Position numbers and translations under genes: made by a program. This document shows, piece by piece, positions 52,152-57,181 of a stretch of 57,181 nt of DNA. How positions within the stretch are numbered: position 1 is the first letter of the stretch; each line of letters opens with the position of its first letter. Origin of the DNA: an uncultured Planctomycetaceae bacterium (GTDB taxonomy: Bacteria > Planctomycetota > Phycisphaerae > SM23-33); contig CAZXOC010000002.1 in the NCBI GenBank assembly GCA_964642165.1, positions 21,241 through 78,421 on the forward strand, written 5' to 3'. The notes below the pieces were generated by a model. The model saw nothing but the letters and a program-made list of their open reading frames with translations, was not told where the DNA came from and did no database searches.

Positions 52152-53765
52152 ATGATGACCGACTCGCATCGACGTGCCCGGTTGCACCGGGCGACGGCCC
52201 GAATCCCGGGCTGGGCGACAGTGACGATCTGCCTGGCGGGCGCCGCGGCGGCCCTCGCCGAGCCGGCCGCGCCGAAGCCGCTCGACAGCGGCATCCGCCC
52301 CGGCGAGGTCGAGAAACGCCGCTACCTCGACTACGCGCGCGAGTGCATCGACGTGCTCATCGCCCGCGGCACGGACCGCTACGGCACGGTCCACTCCCCG
52401 ATGCTGATGAGCATCCTCGACGTCCGCAGCCGGGACTGCCCCGCCGACCCCCCGCGGCTCGACGAGGCCTGGCGCGTGACCCGGCGCGGGCGGCGCAACC
52501 CCGGCGGCGGGAACCTCTATCACGACCAGGCCACCCTTGCAGCGATGTGCGAGTTGACCCGGCTGACCGCCCAGCCGCGCTACGCCGAGTTCGCACGCCG
52601 CTGCGCGAATCACACGATGACGAAGCTGGTGGACGAGCGCGGGCTCTTCTGGTGGGGCTACCACCGCCACTACGACGCCCACCGGGACGTGAAGACGGGC
52701 CACAGCGGCAACCACCACGAGATCCACATCCAGCAGATCGCCTGGGGCGTGCTGTGGCGGGCGAACCCGGCGGCCGTCCGGCGCGAGATCGAGGCCATCT
52801 GGCGGTGGCACGTGATCGACAAGAAGACCGGCGAGGTCAACCGCCACGCGGACGGCCGCCGCGGGTGCGACTTCGCCATGAGCGCGGGAGAGATCCTGCT
52901 GGCCTTCGCGTTCCTGCACACGAAGACGCCCCCCGCCGAGAGCCCCTGGCTGGACCGGGCGCGCCTCGTGGCCGGCTGGCACGCGCGGCACCGGCACCCG
53001 AAGACAGGGCTCATCCCCAACCGCCCCAACGCCGGGGCCGGACGCTTCGACGGGGCGCACTTCGACACGTCGATCACGGGCCTGTACTGCGTGCGGCTGC
53101 TGGAGGCCCACGAGCTGACCGGCGAGGCGTCCTTTCGCGACCAGGCCGTGGGATACCTCCAGGCCTACGCGCATTACGGCTGGGACGCCGCGGCCGGGCA
53201 GTTCTGGGGCAGCCTGAAGCTGGACGGCACGCCCGTGCCCGGCCCGAGGACCACGGGCGGCTACCAGGCCTACGAGCCGCGGGGGCACGTGGACCTCTGG
53301 CAGCCGTACATCGCCGGCTACGAGCACCCCCTGGCCACCGCCCAGGCGTATGCCTACGCGGCGGAGCGGACGGGCAGCGCGACGCTGCTGGCGGCGGCCC
53401 GGAAGTGGGCCGCGTGCATCCGGGCGGCCTTCCCGCCGCGCCGCGCCCTCACGAAGAGCTGGTATGCCGGCTACGCCAGCCACTACGCCCCGCACGGCAC
53501 GCACGCGGGCAACTACGGGCGGGTGATCTCCTTCTTCCTGCACCTGGGGCGGCTGACGGGGGAGACGGCGCAGGTGGACTTCGCGCGGGCCGTCGCTCGC
53601 GAGGCCGTCGCTAAGCTGTACTACCGTGGGCTGTTGCGCGGCCACCCCGCCAAGGCGTACTACGAGGCGGCCGACGACGTCGCCCTGCTGCTCCGGGCGC
53701 TGATCCAGTTGGACCAGACCCTCACCGGCCCGGACAAGGCAAAGGTGTCCTGCAAGAACTGGTGA
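52152..53765 (+). CDS. Secreted alpha/alpha-toroid protein, divergent polysaccharide lyase family 2 (PL2)-like
   Basis: GAGGAG RBS; signal peptide; GLFWWGYHR, HHEIH, AIWRWHVID, NRH and RHPKTGL match PL2 motifs as I recall them. Confidence 0.7.
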   Translation: MMTDSHRRARLHRATARIPGWATVTICLAGAAAALAEPAAPKPLDSGIRPGEVEKRRYLDYARECIDVLIARGTDRYGTVHSPMLMSILDVRSRDCPADPPRLDEAWRVTRRGRRNPGGGNLYHDQATLAAMCELTRLTAQPRYAEFARRCANHTMTKLVDERGLFWWGYHRHYDAHRDVKTGHSGNHHEIHIQQIAWGVLWRANPAAVRREIEAIWRWHVIDKKTGEVNRHADGRRGCDFAMSAGEILLAFAFLHTKTPPAESPWLDRARLVAGWHARHRHPKTGLIPNRPNAGAGRFDGAHFDTSITGLYCVRLLEAHELTGEASFRDQAVGYLQAYAHYGWDAAAGQFWGSLKLDGTPVPGPRTTGGYQAYEPRGHVDLWQPYIAGYEHPLATAQAYAYAAERTGSATLLAAARKWAACIRAAFPPRRALTKSWYAGYASHYAPHGTHAGNYGRVISFFLHLGRLTGETAQVDFARAVAREAVAKLYYRGLLRGHPAKAYYEAADDVALLLRALIQLDQTLTGPDKAKVSCKNW

Positions 53766-53779
53766 CCGCCAGCCTGGTT

Positions 53780-53843
53780 GGGGTGTATACCCCCCCCGCC
53801 GGTACAGGTCCTCATGGCTTGGATTCGAGGGTATACCCGGCGG
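53780..53843. promoter_or_regulatory. GTATAC-centred palindromes with a C-tract (possible operator or RNA stem)
   Basis: GGGGTGTATACCCCCCCC at 53780; perfect GGGTATACCC at 53829-53838; CCGCCGG...CCGGCGG inverted pair. Confidence 0.3.
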
Positions 53844-53920
53844 CGAATGCAGGGGCTTCCCGACGCCGCACGTACGTCCTTCACCGGCAGCTGATTGTCC
53901 GAACCTTGAGGAATGCTCGC

Positions 53921-54010
53921 AAACTAATAGAGTTATAACATGCCTTTTGACAAAGATTTATGAGATTAAACCGTTTGTGTCAACATGGATAAAAGTTGAC
54001 ACAATCAATC
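53921..54010. promoter_or_regulatory. AT-rich island with a perfect 10-10-10 inverted repeat
   Basis: 27 G+C in 90 nt (30%, counted by hand); TTGTGTCAAC-N10-GTTGACACAA at 53975-54004; palindromic GTTATAAC at 53932-53939, giving an extended -10 TG-T-TATAAC on the minus strand. Confidence 0.6.
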
Positions 54011-54058
54011 ACATCGCCGGTTTCGGCCGCGGAGGCGGCTGCGCCGAGGCGGCGGACG

Positions 54059-54175
54059 TCACGGCGTCAGGCGGCTGCGGTCGCGAGGGAACAGGCACGC
54101 CTCCTTGATGCTCGCCAGGTCCAGCATCTGCATCGTCAGGCGCTCCAGGCCCATGCCCATCCCGCCGTGAAGCGG
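54059..54175 (-). pseudogene. aspS: 3'-terminal relic (38 codons) of an archaeal-type / non-discriminating aspartyl-tRNA synthetase
   Basis: PLHGGMGMGLERLTMQMLDLASIKEACLFPRDRSRLTP-stop is class II motif 3 plus the FPRDxxRLxP terminus; no start codon or upstream synthetase sequence. Confidence 0.85.
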
Positions 54176-54213
54176 CTCGGTCGAGGCGATGGGGGCGACG
54201 CCCGCGGCGCGGC

Positions 54214-56013
54214 TCAGAAGACGTGCCGGCGGAAGCGCCGCGCGGCGCGCCAGAGCAGCAGCACGCCCACCAGGACGTGGACCACGCTGTAGGCCAGGAC
54301 CGCGCCGGCGTGCCGCAGGACATCGCCGCCCCGCGGCGCGCCTGCCCCAACCGGGCCGTCCCGCCAGCCTGCGGGCGCGTCCTCGGACGCCGCCGCCCGG
54401 ACGATGTCGCTCACCTGCACGAAGGGACTGACCCGGTAGACCGCCCGGGCGGGAGCGGCGGGCAGGTCCCAGGCGCGCCCCAGGGCGCCCGCCGCCAGCG
54501 CGACGACCGACGGCAGGACCACCCACAGCCCTGCCGCTATGGCCGCCGTGACCGTCGCGGCCACGGTGGTCCGGCGGAAGCGAGCGCTGACGTGCAGGCC
54601 CAGGCCCGCCACAAAGACCGCCACGCCCACCAGCAGGATGGCCAGGTTCCACCCCGCGACGGGGTGGAGCCTGCCGACCAGGACAGAGACCACCGCGTGG
54701 ACGCCGAACGCCCCGGCGGCGGGGGCCGCCCGCCAGAAGACGGCGTGCAGCTTGGCGGCCAGGATCTGCCCGTCCGTCAGCGGCGTCGCCAGCAGCAGCG
54801 GCCAGCAGCCCGACTCCTTCTCCGACGTGATCGCCGTCGCCGACATCGCCGCCAGCAGCAGGCAGGTCACCAGCAGGGCCGCGCCCAGCACGAACGTGTG
54901 GAACGCCGCCGAGTGGAGCCAGCGGAACGACGCGGCCAGGAAATAGCAGTACCCCAGCAGGATCCCGGCGACGCCGAAGGCGATCTTGGGGTCCCTCATC
55001 AGGCTGCCCCGCATCGTCCGCCAGACGATCGGCGAGCCGGAGACCACCAGGGGCATGGCACCCGGATGGCGGCCCCTGGACGCGGCCTTGTGGAACGCCC
55101 GGACCGCGCGGCGGAGCTCCGGGGGCACGTCCTTCTGGTCGGGCGGCTCGCAGGGCACGGAGGGCAGGTAGACGTAGTCCGGCCGCCCGGCGCGGCGGGG
55201 GCGATCCGGGTCGTTGCCGAGGGACCGCAGCGCCGCCAGCCGGAAGACGCGGACGCACCGGGCCAGCACGGCCGCCATCGCCAGCAGCGCCACGGCGCAC
55301 ACCACCGGCCAGGCGGCCGGCCACGCGCCGCCCCCGCCCCGCAGCATGGTCCCCGTGGACTGGGCCAGCCATAGGCCGGCGGGGAGGGCGGCGATCGCCG
55401 TGGCGGCCAGCGAGGCCAGGATGGTCTTGTACGGCCTGACGTAGACGGCCGAGTAGAGCATGGTGACCGCCCCGGCGAAGCCCGAGAAGGCCAGGATGGC
55501 CAGCACGCCGCCGAGGACGTAGGCCCACGGCACGCCGCCGAAGACCCGCGCGATGGCCAGCACCGGGAGCGTCGCGAGGATCAGCACGGCCAGTTGGAGC
55601 ATGCGGCTGAGGAACTTGCCCACGACGATGTTCTCGAACGTCAAGGGCGTGCTCATCAGCGGCGCGAGCGTCCTGCCGCGCAGCTCGTCGCCGAAGGCGT
55701 TGCTCATCAGCAGGATCGCCGCCAGCGGGGCCGCCACGAAGACGAACCAGATGATCCGGCAGGCGACCTCCTTGCCCGCCTCGGCCATGCGCGAGATCGT
55801 GAACGCCTCGCCGCGGTCGCCTATCCCCTCCCCCACGGCCGCCCAGACGAGCACCGCGAAGAGCGTCAACGCCCCGAGGTAGGCCAGACGCAGCACGTAC
55901 GTTCGCCGCCGCCGGCTGTTGATCCGCAGCTCCAGGCCGGCGACGCAGCGCCCCGAGCGGACCGCGCCGGCCAGGTCCCGCAGGGATCGCCACCATGTCT
56001 TGCGGTCGAGCAA
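54214..56013 (-). CDS. ABC-2-type transporter permease with internal duplication
   Basis: ELRINSRRRRTYVLRLAY; two repeats, DELRGRTLAPLMSTPL and SEKESGCWPLLLATPL; many TM segments. TTG start at 56013 is tentative. Confidence 0.8.
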   Translation of the reverse strand: MLDRKTWWRSLRDLAGAVRSGRCVAGLELRINSRRRRTYVLRLAYLGALTLFAVLVWAAVGEGIGDRGEAFTISRMAEAGKEVACRIIWFVFVAAPLAAILLMSNAFGDELRGRTLAPLMSTPLTFENIVVGKFLSRMLQLAVLILATLPVLAIARVFGGVPWAYVLGGVLAILAFSGFAGAVTMLYSAVYVRPYKTILASLAATAIAALPAGLWLAQSTGTMLRGGGGAWPAAWPVVCAVALLAMAAVLARCVRVFRLAALRSLGNDPDRPRRAGRPDYVYLPSVPCEPPDQKDVPPELRRAVRAFHKAASRGRHPGAMPLVVSGSPIVWRTMRGSLMRDPKIAFGVAGILLGYCYFLAASFRWLHSAAFHTFVLGAALLVTCLLLAAMSATAITSEKESGCWPLLLATPLTDGQILAAKLHAVFWRAAPAAGAFGVHAVVSVLVGRLHPVAGWNLAILLVGVAVFVAGLGLHVSARFRRTTVAATVTAAIAAGLWVVLPSVVALAAGALGRAWDLPAAPARAVYRVSPFVQVSDIVRAAASEDAPAGWRDGPVGAGAPRGGDVLRHAGAVLAYSVVHVLVGVLLLWRAARRFRRHVF

Positions 56014-56048
56014 ACGCTCCCCTCGCCGTAGCACGTCCCACCCGGACC

Positions 56049-56121
56049 AGCATACCCGACGCCTCCGGCAGGGCAAGGCCTGCCGGGGCGATTGCCCGTC
56101 GGCACGCGCCGCCGGTATACT
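56049..56121. promoter_or_regulatory. Back-to-back divergent sigma70-type promoters
   Basis: Minus: TTGCCC-N16-TATGCT (56076-56049). Plus: TTGCCC-N18-TATACT (56092-56121). Confidence 0.5.
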
Positions 56122-56150
56122 CGCCGCCCAAGCACGATCAGGAGACACCG

Positions 56151-57181
56151 ATGTCGCTCGAAGACGGCATGGCCGCCATGAACCTCCAGATGCCCCCGCG
56201 CGTGCCGCGGACGGAGTACTCCGCGGCCGGGCACTGGGCCCTGCTGCGGCGCGTGACGGGCATCGACGTCGCCCACGACTCGCCCGGCGACGTCAAGCGG
56301 CGGGCGCAGCGGGCCTTCGTGGCCGCCTGGCGCTTCGACATCTGGTGGTCCACACTCATTGGACGCGGTGAGTTCGGCGCCATTCGAACGAAGATGGGGC
56401 ACTGCGTCTACGCCGACGGCGGCGTGGATTTCGACGAGGAGCGCGGCAGCTTCTTCTCCGAGCCCGAGGAGGTCCTCGCCTTCGACCCGTGGGAGGCCTT
56501 CGGCCAGATCGACAAGCTCGCCACCACGAAACGCTTCGAGGACCACTACCAGGCGAGCTGCCGCAGCTTCCCGGACATGGTCCACATGACGGGCATCTAC
56601 GTCACGTGCGTCTCCGGGCTGATCGACCTGTTCGGCTGGGAGCTGCTCCTGCTGGCGGCCGGGGTGGACCGCCGGGCCTTCGGCGACCTCACCAACCGCT
56701 ACGCCTCCTGGGTCCTCCAGTACCACGAGGCCCTCGCCGACGCCGACGTGCCCGTCGTGATGAGCCACGACGACATCGTCTGGACGGCCGGGCCCTTCCT
56801 CCCGCCGGAGTGGTACCGCCAGTACGTCTTCCCCAACTACACGCGCTTCTACCGTCCCCTCATCGACAGCGGCAAGAAGATCCTCTACACCTCCGACGGC
56901 AACTACACGGAGTTCCTGGACGACATCGCCGCCTGCGGCGTGCACGGTTTCGTGCTGGAGCCGATGACGGACATGGCCCAGATCGCCGAGCGGTACGGCC
57001 GCACGCACGTGTTCATCGGCAACGCCGACACGCGCGTCCTGCTGCTGGGCACGAAGGCCGACATCCGCGCCGAGGTCGAGCGGTGCATGGCCATCGGCAA
57101 GGGCTGCCCGGGCTTCTTCCTGGCCGTCGGCAACCACATCCCCCCCAACACGCCCGTGGACAACTGCCTCTACTACAACGA
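56151..57181 (+). CDS. Uroporphyrinogen decarboxylase (URO-D / MtaA-CmuA-like) family protein, 3' end beyond the window
   Basis: My translation from ATG 56151 (AGGAG RBS): MSLEDGMAAMNLQMPPRVPRTEYS...SHDDIVWTAGPFLPPEWYRQYVFP...LYTSDGNY...FIGNADT...AEVERCM...GFFLAVGNHIPPNTP. Confidence 0.85.
   Translation, partial: MSLEDGMAAMNLQMPPRVPRTEYSAAGHWALLRRVTGIDVAHDSPGDVKRRAQRAFVAAWRFDIWWSTLIGRGEFGAIRTKMGHCVYADGGVDFDEERGSFFSEPEEVLAFDPWEAFGQIDKLATTKRFEDHYQASCRSFPDMVHMTGIYVTCVSGLIDLFGWELLLLAAGVDRRAFGDLTNRYASWVLQYHEALADADVPVVMSHDDIVWTAGPFLPPEWYRQYVFPNYTRFYRPLIDSGKKILYTSDGNYTEFLDDIAACGVHGFVLEPMTDMAQIAERYGRTHVFIGNADTRVLLLGTKADIRAEVERCMAIGKGCPGFFLAVGNHIPPNTPVDNCLYYN

Noticed and set aside
53660-53884. 74-aa minus-strand ORF downstream of the AT-rich island
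   Set aside because: No clear RBS, overlaps the lyase gene in antisense, and has no recognisable motif.
53921-54010. oriC or dif interpretation of the AT-rich island
   Set aside because: Only one 7/9 DnaA-box-like sequence (TTATCCATG on the minus strand), no replication genes nearby, and no proper XerC/XerD arm arrangement.
54059-56131. 690-aa track ORF ending in the AspRS motif, read as a full synthetase or fusion
   Set aside because: Everything upstream of the last 38 codons is a shadow frame of the permease gene with no class II motif 1 or 2.
1-57181. tRNA, rRNA, IS, prophage or CRISPR features
   Set aside because: None recognised by eye on either strand; a tRNAscan-SE, Infernal and ISEScan run would be needed to exclude them formally.

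Overview
A 57 kb, very GC-rich (about 70% or more by eye) bacterial chromosomal segment. Its gene content points to Planctomycetota, probably Phycisphaerae (inference): a prepilin-type protein, Tat-exported sulfatases, DUF1080, PQQ-type beta-propellers and a MoxR/vWA/BatA cluster. I found no rRNA, tRNA, CRISPR array, integrase or transposase. Left to right: (1) partial prepilin gene, a lone rplU, an amidohydrolase, an M20 dipeptidase and a 62-aa EF-hand microprotein; (2) a divergent glycan-degradation locus with two Cys-type sulfatases facing a CBM9-like/alpha-beta-hydrolase fusion, a GH123/DUF4091-like protein and a SagB-type flavoprotein; (3) a 38 kb run of minus-strand genes: membrane spermidine-synthase-like protein, DRG-type GTPase, DUF1080, two hypotheticals, a second amidohydrolase, sugar-phosphate isomerase, xseB, xseA, queG, a 10-gene envelope cluster, a degenerate spermidine-synthase paralogue, birA, nadC and a PQQ propeller; (4) a secreted protein carrying the polysaccharide lyase family 2 (PL2) catalytic constellation, a relic segment of about 400 bp between convergent genes (38-codon 3' end of an archaeal-type aspartyl-tRNA synthetase plus a 30%-GC palindromic operator-like island), an orphan ABC-2 permease and a partial URO-D-family gene. 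The most notable items are the PL2-like lyase, the aspS relic with its AT-rich island, the MoxR/vWA envelope cluster, apparent pseudo-enzymes and a structured leader of about 400 nt. All family assignments come from motif recognition without database searches. Several start codons were moved from the ORF track using RBS and overlap evidence.
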